A stretch of 64,000 nt of DNA from Octopus sinensis (taxonomy: Eukaryota): the NCBI RefSeq assembly GCF_006345805.1, contig NW_021833264.1, positions 13,698-77,697 on the forward strand. The letters run 5' to 3'. Position 1 is the first letter of the stretch. Each line of letters starts with the position of its first letter. The translations under genes and the position numbers were made by a program. The notes beneath the pieces are model-generated. The model did no database searches, was not told the origin of the DNA, and saw only the letters and a list, made by a program, of their open reading frames with translations. Of this stretch, positions 24,639 through 37,605 are shown piece by piece.

Positions 24639-24830
24639 GGTGGAGGCGCAATGGCCCAGTGGTTACGGCAGCGGACTCGCGGTCGTAGGATCGTGGTTTC
24701 GATTCCCAGACCGGGCATTGGGAGTGTTTATTGAGCAAAAACACCTAAAGCTCCACGAAGCTCCAGCGGGGGGAGGGTGGTGAACCCTGCTGTACTCTTT
24801 CGCCACAACTTTCTCTCACTCTTCTTCCTA
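24639..24830 (+). mobile_element. SINE B-type 5' half
   Basis: B1-like head and body, with the 3' module absent. Confidence 0.8.
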
Positions 24831-25039
24831 CTTCTGCTCCAAAGCAGAGGAACCATGGCGTAACCCACTGTGGTGTGGTAAACTTTCAGACCCTAGTCTT
24901 GATTGTAAAAGAACTCAGAAGGTTGGGAGGCGTCCACCCAGGTCTTTCACGATACCCTTAAAGCCAGGAACTTTTCAGCACCCCATCATACAATAATATT
25001 CATAATGCAGTTTGATCGGCAAACTGAGACATCAGAACC

Positions 25040-25438
25040 TATTTCTGTATTACCCACAAGGGGCAAAACATAGAGGGGACAAACAAGGACAGACATAGGT
25101 ATTAAGTCGATTACATCGACCCCAGTGCGTAACTGGTACTTAATTTATCGACCCCGGAAGGATGAAAGGCAAAGTCGACCTCGGCGGAATTTGAACTCAG
25201 AACGTAACGGCAGACGAAATACCTATTTCTTTATTACCCACAAGGGGCTAAACATAGAGGGGACAAACAAGGACAGACATAGGTATTAAGTCGATTACAT
25301 CGACCCCAGTGCGTAACTGGTACTTAATTTATCGACCCCGGAATGATGAAAGGCAAAGTCGACCTCGGCGGAATTTGAACTCAGAACGTAACGGCAGACG
25401 AAATACCTCTAAGCATTTCGCCCGGCGTGCTAACGTTT
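25040..25438 (-). mobile_element. SINE family C dimer with a single TSD
   Basis: Two ~184 bp units. CTGAGACATCAGAACC at 25024-25039 and 25439-25454. Confidence 0.9.
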
Positions 25439-25727
25439 CTGAGACATCAGAACCAACACCATCTCAATTTCTTCATAAATCCTGTGGTCCCAGGGAAAGT
25501 ATAGCGTAAGTATAGGATCATATGGAAAGTCTTCAGCTTTGACTCCGCACACATGTAACCATAGGATGATGATAGCCATTTTCCACTGGCCTGGTACAAT
25601 TATCGACAAAGTATCCAGCTAGGAACATTGCTCAGTTGTGTCTTGCTGAGATCCTATTCGTCGAAGCGATGAGAAAGCGCCACACAAGACACACACACGC
25701 ATTCACGCACACGCGCACGCGTATGCA

Positions 25728-26150
25728 TACTCTTTTACTCTTTACTCTTTTACTTGTTTCAGTCATTTGACTGCGGCCATGTTGGAGCACCGCCTTTAGT
25801 CGAGCAAATCGACCCCGGGACTTATTCTTTGTAAGCCCAGTACTTATTCTATCGGTCTCTTTTGCCGACCCGCTAAGTGACGGGGACGTAAACACACCAG
25901 CATCGGTTGTCAAGCAATGCTAGGGGGATAAACACAGACACACAAACACATACATACACACACATATATATATATATGAATATATATACGACGGCTTCTT
26001 TCAGTTTCCCTCTACCAAATCCACTCACAAGGCATTGATCGGCCCGGGGCTATAGCATAAGACACTTGCCCAAGATGCCACGCAGTGGGACCGAACCCGG
26101 AACCATGTGGTTGGTTAGCAAGCTACTTACCACACAGCCACTCCTGCGCC
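25728..26150 (-). mobile_element. SINE family A
   Basis: Full-length reverse copy. Confidence 0.9.
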
Positions 26151-26329
26151 TATGTGTACATTTATAATGGAATCCGTGATTTAAAAAAGTATGGTTAAAA
26201 TTGTGTAAGAATTAAGTATTGGTGTGTGTTTCAGTGAAATAAATGAAAAGAAAATTTTGTCTAAAATGTATTTAATATACTAAATAATGATAAAATTCAG
26301 AAAAATAATTTTTGAAGTTAAAATACGTC

Positions 26330-26860
26330 AACAGCTGGAACGTCGTCCATTCTTTTTGATATTACTGCGTCATCCATTATCGTTGACGTTACAATGCCAT
26401 CCATTATTGTTGACGTTTCAATGTCATCCATTATTGTTGACATTACTTTGCCATCTGAAATTGTTGACGTTAATGTGTCATCCTGTATTGATGACGTTAT
26501 AGTTTCATTCATTTTTGTTGATGCTATCGTCAGCCGTTATTATTGACATTACTGTTTGATCTACTATTATTGAAGATACTGTGTCATCCAATATTATTGA
26601 CGTTGCTATTTAATCCTGTATTGTTGACGCTAGTGTCATCCATTATTATTTGACATTACTGTGTCACTCACTATTGTTAACGTTAATGTCGTCCATTATA
26701 ATTGACGTTACGGATCATCAGTTATTACTATATTATTCATTATTGCTGTCATCGATGTATCATTCGTTGAGGAGATTGCTGCGTCATCTATTATTATCGT
26801 TGACGTTACTATGTCATCAGTTATTGTTGGTGTTAGTATGTCATCCACTTTTGATCCATC
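26330..26860. repeat. Degenerate ~27-bp minisatellite
   Basis: Recurring TTGACGTTACT.TGTCATCCATTATTG. Confidence 0.8.
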
Positions 26861-27149
26861 CAGCCACGCCGACTTCAACACCAGGTTCATCGTGTCCATG
26901 TACGCCAGCTTCGTTGAATTTACGGTCCAAGTCTCGTTTATCGTCACGCCCACCTGCAGCAAGCACCTCCTCTTCAACGTCACGTGATTGATGAGTCCTC
27001 CGAAGTTGATTGTTTGCTCGGTAAATCAGGTGATTCCGACTTCAGTAGCAATGTTGAGTATCCGTTACATCAAAGGGGCAATGAGCAGCAGTTCATGGCC
27101 CACAGAATGTGGTGTGGCAAGCGATGGACAATTTTTCGTGACGGTGCGG

Positions 27150-28360
27150 TGTTTTGCTACCCGTGATATAAAAGCAAACCTTCGAAATCACAGTTCGCCA
27201 TTGGAGATTTTCCATGAATTCACGAGGATGAAACGTCTGAATAAAAACCCGACGAAACGAATGAGTATACTGTGGAGGCACATAGCCTAGTGGTTAGAGC
27301 AGCGGACTCGCCGTCGAGGGATCGCGGGTTCAAATCTCAGACCGAGCGATGTGTGTGTTTATGAGCGAAACACCTAAGCTCCACGCGGCTCCAGCAGAAG
27401 GTAATGGCGAACTTCTGCTGACTCTTTCGCCACATCTTTCTCTCACTCTTTCCTCCTGCATCTTGCAACTCACCTGCGACGGACCGGCGTCCCGTCGAAG
27501 TGGGGAACCTACACGCCAAGGAAACCGGGAAACCGGCCCTTATGAGCCAGGCATGGCTCGAGAAGGAACAATCATATCAATTCCGGTGGAGGCACATGGC
27601 CAAGTGGTTAGAGCAGTGGACTTGTGGTTAAGAGAATATGGGTTCGAATCTCAGACCGGGCGATGTGTTTGTTTATGAGCGAAACACCTAAGCTCCACGC
27701 GGCTCCAGAAGAAGGTAATGGCGAACTTCTGCTGACTTTTTCGCCACAACTTTCTCTCACTCTTTCCTCCTGCATCTTGCAACTCACCTGCGACGGACCG
27801 GCGTCCCGTCCAAGTGGGGAACCTACACGCCAAGGAAACCGGGAAACCGACCCTTATGAGCCACGCATGGCTCGAGAAGGAACAAACAAAAAAACAATGA
27901 GTATACTGCGAATCATCGTCGGAGTGCAAAGCCCAGACATGACGCTGAATGGGACTCAACTAGAAGTGACAAAGCTTTCAATACATTGTTCATCTTTATG
28001 GATATTGTAAAGAAACTGACTCACGCTTGATATAAGAGCTGAGACTCCGATGCTGCAGCGCCTTTCCTTGCGGAGAAGATGTCCGTGATTGGTTTTTTGC
28101 GCCGCTGAAAAACCTTCATTTCGACTCCGGTGACAACAACGAGGGTAGGCTTCACAAAATTTGTCCTATAATTGACGAAATAGCAGAAAATTTCAGAACA
28201 ATTTATATACCCACTGATGAAAGTCTGTGGAATTTCAAGGGGCGGCTGAAATTCAAGCAGTACAATCCTAGAAGGTGTGCTCGCTCCATGATAAAAGTTT
28301 ATAAGGTGTCTCAGTTATCTGGTGCAGCCTACGGCTATACTTGGAACTGTAAGATGCACA
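27150..28360 (+). pseudogene. Decayed piggyBac (PGBD4-like) transposase
   Basis: SPLEIFHEF...ETNEYTA | W..T...KAF..LFIFMDIVKK...PFLAEKMS/RDWFFAPLKNLHF...RLHKICPII...YIPTDESLWNFKGRLKFKQYNP...IKVYKV...GYTWN. Contains stops, frameshifts and a SINE insertion. Confidence 0.9.
27273..27895 (+). mobile_element. Head-to-tail SINE B2 dimer inside a single 13-bp TSD
   Basis: AATGAGTATACTG at 27260-27272 and 27896-27908. Confidence 0.9.
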
Positions 28361-28519
28361 TTAGGCGCAGGAGTAGCTGCGTGGTAAGTAGCTTGCTTAC
28401 TAACCACATGGTTCAGTCCCACTGCGTGGTACCTTGGGCAGGGGTTTTCTACTATAGCCTCGGGCCGACCAAAGCGTTGAGTGGATTTGGTAGATGGAAA
28501 CTGAAAGAAGCCCGTCGTA

Positions 28520-28550
<31 letters not shown>

Positions 28551-28901
28551 GATTGATTGATTGATTCTAGTTTCAGCTCACGAGCTGTGGCCATGCTGGG
28601 GCACCGCCATTTTGTGTTGCTACATGGTTTTACTTCACGAATGCTTTTTAGCAACTGCCATTTGGTGCATGAGAGAGTTCGATGCAGCTGCCCTCATCTG
28701 CACCTCCTGCCGTGAAGTTGGTGCATCTGGGATACCTGACAAGAAGAGATCCAGTTTCATTTTAAAGACATCTGCATCCACCCCATACAGGTCTCTTAGG
28801 TTCTTCGGGAGGATATTGAAGAGCTGTGGGCCTCGGAAGCCCAGGCTATCACAGTATCTTGTCCTACATCTTGATGGCAAATTTGGAGTCCTTGGCACCA
28901 C
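28551..28901 (-). mobile_element. CR1-like LINE 3' end, copy 1
   Basis: SLGFRGPQLFNILPKNLRDL...FKMKLDLFLSGIPDAP, short 3' UTR, (AATC)n tail. Confidence 0.8.
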
Positions 28902-28924
28902 ACATATATATATTATATATATAT

Positions 28925-29270
28925 GATTGATTGATTGATTCTAGTTTCAGCTCACGAGCTGTGGCCATGCTGGGGCACCGCCATTTTGTGTTGCTACATG
29001 GTTTTACTTCACGAATGCTTTTTAGCAACTGCCATTTGGTGCATGAGAGAGTTCGATGCAGCTGCCCTCATCTGCACCTCCTGCCGTGAAGTTGGTGCAT
29101 CTGGGATACCTGACAAGAAGATCCAGTTCATTTTAAGACATCTGCATCCACCCCATGCAGGTCTCTTAGGTTCTTCGGGAGGATATTGAAGAGCTGTGGG
29201 CCTCGGAAGCCCAGGCTATCACAGTATCTTGTCCTACATCTTGATGGCAAATTTGGAGTCCTTGGCACCA

Positions 29271-29272
<2 letters not shown>
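28925..29272 (-). mobile_element. CR1-like LINE 3' end, tandem copy 2
   Basis: Near-identical to 28551-28901 with the same truncation point. Confidence 0.8.
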
Positions 29273-29308
<36 letters not shown>

Positions 29309-29838
29309 TTTGTGTGCGTGTGTGTGTGTGTGTGTGCGTGTGTGTGTTTGTGCGTCTGTGTTTTTCCACCCAACATCGCTTGACAACAGATGCTGGTGTG
29401 TTTACGTCCCCGTAACTTAGCGGTTCATTTCCGCACTAATACCGCAAAAGCGTTCTGCCCAGCGATTACAGTTTACAGAGATGAACAGTGCATGCTTTAA
29501 AACGGTTGACGTAAATATACGTCGAACCGTTGTCGAGCGCTAATTGCTGATCTCAACCGAGATGATTACCGTCAGAGCAACCTAGTTGCCTAATAAATGA
29601 ATAAAAAATGCCATGGGATTAAATTCTTTGCCAAGAACAAACGAATCCCTTATGTCTGTGTTTGCGCGTATGTGTTCATAGCAAACCTAGATGCTAACCG
29701 GGAACTTTGGAAAACCTTTATTCTGTTCCAATAAACTGTTATGGGTCCTGAAAGTTATTTTTTTTATACTTATCCCGTACCTACCACGAAGCCTACTAAC
29801 TTTTTCTACCGAGATCTTGGATCTTTCAACTACATATT

Positions 29839-30432
29839 AGGCGCAGTAGGCGCAGGAGTGGCTGTGTGGTAAGTAGCTTGTTTACCAACCACATGGTTCC
29901 GGGTTCAGTCCCACTGTGTGGCACCTTGGGCAAGTGTCTTCTACTATAGCCTCGGGCCGACCCCAAGCCCTGTGAGTGGATTTGGAGATGGAAACTGAAG
30001 AAGCCCTCATATATATGTATTTGTATATAGATATATATACACTGGCGCAGGAGTGGCTGTGTGTAAGTGTTTGTCCCCCCACATGGCTTGAGTCCACTGC
30101 GTTGGCCCTTGGGCAAGTGTCTTCTACTATAGCCTCGGGCCGACCAAAGCCCTGTGAGTGGATTTGGTAGACGGAACTGAAAGAAGCCCGTCAATATATG
30201 TAGATATATATGAGTGTATGTGTGTCTGTGTTTGTCCCCTAGCATTGCTTGACAAGGCTGGTGTGTTTATGTCCCCCGTTACTCAACCTCAGCGTTCGGC
30301 AAAAAGAGACCGATAGAATAAGTACTGGGCTTACAAAGAATAAGTCCCGGGATGAATTGCTCGATAAAGGCGGTGCTAGCATGGCGCAGTCAAATGACTG
30401 AACAAGTAAAGAGTAAAAAGAGTAAAAAGAGT
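29839..30432 (+). mobile_element. SINE family A: partial copy plus near-full copy
   Basis: Two heads (~29849 and ~30044) and one tail. Confidence 0.8.
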
Positions 30433-30656
30433 AATATATATGTATGTATATTTATGTACGTGCTTATATTATGTGTGTATATATATATATATATGCGTGT
30501 GTTGTGTGTGTGTATATATATATATATATATTGATTTTGATTTTTTGATTTTTCCAGTTTCAGCTAATGAGCTGTGGCCATGCTGGGGCACCGCCATATA
30601 TGTGTGTGTGTGTGTATGTAGTATTATGTATATGTTGTCGTATGTATATGTGTATG

Positions 30657-30703
<47 letters not shown>

Positions 30704-30771
30704 TATATATAAATATATATATTCATACATATATACACACATATATATATAAGCGCGTACATAAATACATA

Positions 30772-31284
30772 CCGTAAATCCTCGAGTATAATCCGCATTT
30801 TTTCCCCTAAATCTGAAGGTCAAAATCCCTATTTCGTACTATATACGAGGTTAAAAATGAAAATAATTTTCTAAGCAATGTCCGAGTCTCTATTTGCTGT
30901 CCGGCAATGTTTATTCAGACGCATTTTGTGATGTCGAGCGCGAAAATACCTTAAGCTAAGCCTGAAAGCAATGAAGTCATAAAAGAATCATCCATAACTT
31001 GCAGTAAGCAACATTTATTAAACGTTATTACTGTTATTTCTTTATTTTCTGCAAACAAAATGCACAAAAAAGCTACACGTTTGCATTATGTTATATATAC
31101 AATAATAATAAAGGACGTTACCGTATACATTTTTACAAACCAAGGATGTTATATAGATCTCCTTGACTCAAGTTAGAGAAGGGATGCGTATTATACACAA
31201 GGTTTAGGTTTTTTCAGAGGTACAGCCCCCTAAAAATCCCCTGCGTATTATACTCAAGGATGGACTATGCTCGAGGATTTACAG
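30772..31284. mobile_element. Tc1/mariner-pogo (Tigger-like) MITE
   Basis: TA|CCGTAAATCCTCGAGTATA ... TATGCTCGAGGATTTACAG|TA. Right-end copies at ~32481-32592 and ~34286-34397. Confidence 0.85.
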
Positions 31285-31299
31285 TATACATACAATTTG

Positions 31300-31337
<38 letters not shown>

Positions 31338-31416
31338 CAAATTTACAAAAGACGAATACAGGTGCAGGAACAACAAGTAGATATATTAGTTTAACGCTCG
31401 GGCAGAATGCAAAAGT

Positions 31417-31452
31417 CTTTGACGTTTCGAGGCTACGCTCTTCAACAGAAAG
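31417..31452 (-). ncRNA. Degenerate minimal type I hammerhead-like motif in a (TA)n-flanked insert
   Basis: CTTT-CTGTTGA-A-GAGCGTAGCCTC-GAAAC-GTC-AAAG. The core has A6->U. Confidence 0.5.
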
Positions 31453-31533
31453 GATTAAGAAGAAAAAAATGGAGAGAGAACGAAAAAACGAAAAGAGTAA
31501 AAATGTATGGGGATTAACGATTCAGCATGACGG

Positions 31534-31571
<38 letters not shown>

Positions 31572-31574
31572 ATA

Positions 31575-31703
31575 CAGGGTGTTCCCAAAAATGTATACAC
31601 ATTGTGGTTCGGCAAAAGAGAACGATAGAATAAGTACTAGGCTTACAAAGAATAACAAATTTACAATTATTTAAGGTGTGTATACATTTTTTGGGACACC
31701 CTG
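31575..31703. mobile_element. Short Tc1-type MITE containing a SINE A fragment
   Basis: TA|CAGGGTGTTCCCAAAAATGTATACAC ... GTGTATACATTTTTTGGGACACCCTG|TA. Confidence 0.85.
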
Positions 31704-31785
31704 TATATATAGATAGATAGATAGAGAGATAGATGGGATAGATAGATATAGATATAGATATGTATATATATGTATGTACATATAT

Positions 31786-31818
<33 letters not shown>

Positions 31819-31845
31819 CATACATATATATACATATATATATAT

Positions 31846-32212
31846 TCTTTTAAACGTTTCAATCATTTAACAGCGGCCATGCTGGAGCACTACCTTAAAA
31901 GGTTTTAGTCGAAGAATTCGACCGCAGGACTTATTCATTGTAAGCCTAGTACTTATTTTATCGGTCCCTTTTGCCGAACCGAAGGTTACGGGGACATACA
32001 TATATTAACACCGGTTGTTAAACGATGACGGGGGTACAGAAAAAGGCACAAACATAAACATATATACATATATATAAATACCACGGGCTTCTTTCAGTTT
32101 CCGTCAACCAAATCCCCTGACTATAGTAGAATACCTTTTCCCAAGGTTCCACGCACTGGAACTGAACTCGAAACTATGTGCTTAGGAAGCAAGCGTCTTA
32201 CCACACACACTC
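31846..32212 (-). mobile_element. SINE family A, diverged
   Basis: Colinear reverse copy. Confidence 0.8.
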
Positions 32213-33029
32213 ACATAGTGGAGTCTATTTTTATTTTTTTTAATGTGCTTTCTTGGTTTTGCCTGTTCACCACTACAAGGCCAGACCCCCCCCCCTCCTG
32301 AATCCGGCCTTGTCGTGACGAGTGGACTTGTGTGTTCAATAGCTCCGTGAGAGGGTTACCGACTGAAGTTCTGCTCCTGATAAGGCCGTCTGGAGCTCTG
32401 TTTCCGGGCGAGCAGGCCTCCAGGGGAAATTCCAGACTAACGGCAACCCACAGGCTTTGGTCGGCCCGAGACTATAGCAGAAGAGAAGGGGTGCGTATTA
32501 TACACAAGGTTTAGGTTATTTCAGAGGTACAGCCCCCTAAAAATCCCCTGTGTATTATACTCAAGGGTGGACTATGCTCGAGGATTTACGGTACGTACAA
32601 TTTGAACTATATATATATATGGCAGCCCCATCATCCGACTATTTTGCAGGTAAGCAACAACCTGCCCAGAAGAACCCTCGACCTCTTACGACACCAACCA
32701 TCTTCTGTTATATACGTCTCAATTTGGCAAATATGTTGCGTTCATAACTTAGGTGTTTACTTATCCCAACGTAGCCGAAATGAAACTAATGCAATGTAAT
32801 AAATGTAATGTGTTTATTGTATCATAATAATATTTCGGCAATTCTCTCTTGGTAAAGAGAAGATGAAACGACTACAGTATTATGTAATAAGGTGTGTTTG
32901 TTCAATCTCATCCCACTTCTTTACACAATACACACATTGTATATTCTGGCACCGCTAAAATATACGTACACCTGCATATATTTACACACAGTCCTCTAGG
33001 ATTTTTCAGTTAACACTTACAGGACGATC

Positions 33030-33560
33030 CAGGTTAATTGACCAGACATAATTATTAAAGGCTAATTGACCAGACATTATTATTAAAGACATAAAATTAA
33101 AAAAAGAAAAGACTTATACGCTAATAGATGTAAGTATTCCCGCTGATAAATAAATATCTGTATATAACTAAGTAAATATAAGGACCTGGAAATTGAAATA
33201 AAGTGATGCAGTATCTTAAAGTGAGGACTATTTCTGTTATTGTGGGTACCCTAGGTATGACAAAAAAAGAATGTCAGAAACATCTAGATAATATACCAGG
33301 AGAACCATGTCTCAGAGAAATCCAAAAGATTGTACAGACAAGTACTGCCCACATCCTTAGAAAAACCCCATCCATTTAAATGTTTGTGCTGTATAACATG
33401 AAGATATTTCGCTACTGTCCCTGCCACTTCCCCTCCCCAGGCTTTTAGTCAAACTGTAGCATCTCTTATCATTCACTCGCCCCAGGACACTGGGTGTGTC
33501 GCGGCAAGTGACTGTTACAAACATGCAGGTTAAAAGTAAAAATGACAATAATAACAAAAA
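33030..33560 (+). mobile_element. R4/Dong-like RLE-domain 3' fragment, decayed
   Basis: PDIIIKD...IDVSIPAD...LSKYKDLEIEI...VIVGTLGM...EIQKIVQTSTAHILRK. Confidence 0.8.
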
Positions 33561-33986
33561 TAATCCTTTCTACTATTGGCACACAGACTAAAATTCTGGG
33601 GGAGGGTCTAGTCGATTGGCTGGACCCTAGTACGCAACTGGTCCTTAATTTATTGACCAAGAAAAGAAGAAAGGCAAAGTTGACCTCAACTGAATTTGAT
33701 CTCAGAACGTAGCTGCAGACGAAATACCGCTAAACATTTCAGCCGGCGTGCTAACGATTCTGCCAGCTCGGACAGACAGACAGACGCAATGGATGCTTGC
33801 TTTGGCGGGAGACGGTGGGTTGCGTGGGGTGTTGGAGGTGGCGGCAGCAGTTTCGGTGGCGGCGCTGGTGATTGTGGTGGTGGTGGGAGGGGGGTGCATG
33901 TCTGAGGTGAAGGCAGGAAGAGGAAGGGAGGAAGAAGTGGTGGAAACGAAGTCGAGTCTTGGCTTGTGTTGGTGTTCGGGACAGTC

Positions 33987-34031
<45 letters not shown>

Positions 34032-34138
34032 ATAGTAATAGTAGTAGTGGCAGAAGTGATGGTGGTAGTTATGAGTGGGTGGTTGGGTGCACGGCATTTG
34101 CGGTTGTCAAGCGATGTTGGAAGACAAACACAGACACA

Positions 34139-34206
<68 letters not shown>

Positions 34207-34413
34207 ATACATATACGACGGGCTTCTTTCAGTTTCCGTCAACCAAATCCACTGTCAAGGCTTTGGTCGGCCCGAGGCTATAGCAGAAGAGAAGGGGTGC
34301 GTATTATACACAAGGTTTAGGTTATTTCAGAGGTACAGCCCCCTAAAAATCCCCTGTGTATTATACTCAAGGGTGGGCTATGCTCGAGGATTTACGGTAC
34401 GTACAATTTGAAC

Positions 34414-34468
<55 letters not shown>

Positions 34469-34589
34469 CAAATTTACAAAAGACGAAGACAGGTGAAGGA
34501 ACAACAAGTAGGTATATTAGGTGCAACGCAGTGGGACTGAACACGGAACCATGTGGTTGGTAAACAAGCTACTTATCACATATCCACTC

Positions 34590-36770
34590 CTGATCCACCG
34601 CCACCACCAACACCAACACCCCCTTAACCATCATGACACCAATACCACCACCTCGATTATCATGACCGATGACCACTACCACAAACACCACCGCCTCGAC
34701 CCACACGGCCACCACCATCATCACCACCGCCTTCACCATCAGGACCACCACCACCAAAACCCCGCCGCGACCCTCATGACCATCACCACTGTTACCACCG
34801 CCTCGACCATCACGACGGCCACCAACACTACCGCCTTGACCATCACGACCGCTACCACCAACACCACTGCCTTGACCATTACGACTATCACCACTGAAAC
34901 CACCGGCTCTACCATCACGACCACCAGCACCAACACCAGCCAATTGACCATCACGACTACCACCACCACCACTGCATTGAGCATTGCGACCACCACCACC
35001 GACCATCACGACTACCACCACCACCACCACTGCCTTGACCATCGTGACCACCACCACCGACCATCACGACTACCACCACCACACCACTGCCTTGACTATC
35101 GCGACCACCCCCACCGACCATCACGACTACCACCACACCACCACTGCCTCGACCATCGCGACCACCACCACCGACCATCAGGACCACCACCACCAAAATC
35201 CCGCCGCAACCCTCATGACCATCACCACTGTTACCACCGCCTTGACCATCACGACGACCACCAACACTACCGCCTTGACCATCACGACCGCCACCACCAA
35301 CACCACTGCCTTGACCATCGCGACCACCACCACCGACCATCACGACTACCACCACCACCACCACTGCCTTGACCATTGCGACCACCACACCGACCATCAC
35401 GACTACCACCACCACCACCACTGCCTTGACCATCGTGACCACCACCACCGACCATCACGACTACCACCACCACCGCCACTGTGTCGACCATCGCAACCAC
35501 CACCAACCACCACCACCACCGACCATCACGACTACCACCACCACCGCCACTGTGTCGACCATCGCAACCACCACCACCACCACCACAACTACCAGCATTT
35601 CTACACGACCGACGATGCGGGGTTTAACCTCGGCCATCGCTAACACCGCCGCCTACGTTATCACTGTCACCATCGACACCGCTAATAATAAACTTCGATG
35701 CAACCCCCGTCGCCGTGCCCCTTGACCATCTCCGGCCCCGCAACCCCGAAACCATCGCCCACCACCACTACCACCATCACTAAATACCGATGACGCCCCC
35801 GCCTGTTACAGAATCATTCCTCCACCTTGACCAACGCCGCCATACCTCCACGCACACACTAGTGCTAACATCAAGATTGCGACCACTGCTACCACCGCCA
35901 CTACCACCACCACCACTACCACCATCACCACTACCACCACCACCACTACCACCACCACCACTACCACCATCACCACTACCACCACCACCACTACCACCAC
36001 CATTACCACCACCAACACTACCACCAGTACCACTACCACCACCACCACTACCACCAGTACCACTACCAACACTACCACCACCACCATTACCACTACCACC
36101 ACTACCACTACCACCATCACCACTACCACCACCACCACTACCACCAGTACTACTACCACCATCACCACTACCACCATCACCACTACAACCACCACCACTA
36201 CCACCACCACTACCACCACCACTACCACCACCATTACCACCACCAACACTACCACCACCACCATTACCACTACCATCACTACCACCACCACCACCACTAC
36301 CACCACCACCTCCATTACCACCACCAACACTACCACCACCACCACTGCAACCAAAACGAATACCAACCCCACCATTATCGCCAACACTAAAACTACCACC
36401 GCCACAACTACCACCGCCACAACTACCACCATCACCACCACAAACACTAGAACCAATTTCAATACTACCAACACCAACACTGCCACCGCTACTACCGTGA
36501 CCACCACAACAAAGATCGGCACCGCTACATCGCCACTACTACCATTACTATCAGCGCTACCACCTATACTGCTAAAAGGACCACCGCCACCGCAACTACC
36601 GCCACCCCTACGAACCTGCCAATCACTACCACTGTTGCAACTACTACCAACACCAGCACCACCGCCACCACCACAAATGCCGTGCACCCAACCACCCCCC
36701 ACCCACAACTACCACCACCACTACTACCACTACCACTACTACTATTACTATCACTACTACTACGACGACT
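34590..36770. repeat. (CAC/CAT/CTA)-based degenerate trinucleotide and minisatellite field
   Basis: Seen directly, with recurring GACCATCACGACTACCACC and CACTGCCTTGACCATCG units. Confidence 0.9.
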
Positions 36771-36829
36771 GTCCCGAACACCAACACAAGCCAAGACTCG
36801 TCTGCCTCCTCCCTTTCCTCTTCCTGCCT

Positions 36830-37313
36830 TCACCTCAGACATGCACCCCTCCACCCTCCACCACAACCACCAGCGCCGCCCCCACCGCCATCGCCGCCGC
36901 CGCCGCCGCAATTGCTTCCCGCCACCTCCAACGCCCCCCCCCCCCCCACCGCGCCAACCCACCGTCTCCCGCCAAAGCAAGCATCCATTGCGTCTGGCTG
37001 TCCGAACATCGTTGTCCAATCCATCAGTGAGATGCTGGATTGCCTGGATACTGGCTGCTGCTGCTGCTGCTTTCCCCCTGCCGTCAGCGCCGCCTGTGCT
37101 GCTGCTGCTACATCTATCGCGGTTGATGAGGACGGTGATGATGATGACGACGATGGTGCTGATGAAGAAAGATCACCCCGATGATGCTGATGCCGCTGCT
37201 GTTGTAGTTACTGTTGTTGCTGCTGACGATGATGACGGTGCTGCGGCTGTTGTGGCTGCTGCCGCGGCTGCTGCTGCTCTTGTGTTTCGGCGGAAGGATT
37301 TGATGAGTCATAA
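36830..37313 (-). pseudogene. Possible low-complexity (Q/H/S/A/G-rich) host exon with one in-frame stop
   Basis: After a TTCAG acceptor: YDSSNPSAETQEQQQPRQQPQQPQHRHHRQQQQQ*LQQQRHQHHRGDLSSSAPS...AIDVAAAAQAALTAGGKQQQQQPVSRQSSISLMDWTTMFGQPDAMDACFGGRRW. No recognisable domain. Confidence 0.3.
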
Positions 37314-37439
37314 CTGAATATTTATTAATGAATGTTAGACAATGTTGTTGCATTTTGATGGGGCAGATAATACCCGGATGTTAACTGCTGGCTACTGCAG
37401 GCTCACAACAGCAACAACAACAACAACAACGACCACGGC

Positions 37440-37566
37440 GACGACGATGATGACGGCGGCGGTGGTGATGATGATGGTGATTAGGATGATGATGATAATG
37501 ATAATGGTGATGATGATGGTAATGATTGTGATGATGGTGACGGTGATGATGGTGATGATGGTGATG

Positions 37567-37605
<39 letters not shown>

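Larger units (their letters stand above)
28364..29425 (+). mobile_element. SINE family A split at its internal (TA)n by LINE fragments
   Basis: 5' half at 28364-28530. The 3' part resumes at ~29288-29425. Confidence 0.8.

Noticed and set aside
29425-29830. Possible piggyBac C-terminal continuation
   Set aside because: Only a faint HF..LIP resemblance, with no cysteine-rich domain or TIR/TTAA found.
35790-36500. Proline-rich extensin/formin-like ORF
   Set aside because: It is a (CCA/CTA)n microsatellite with no unique domain.
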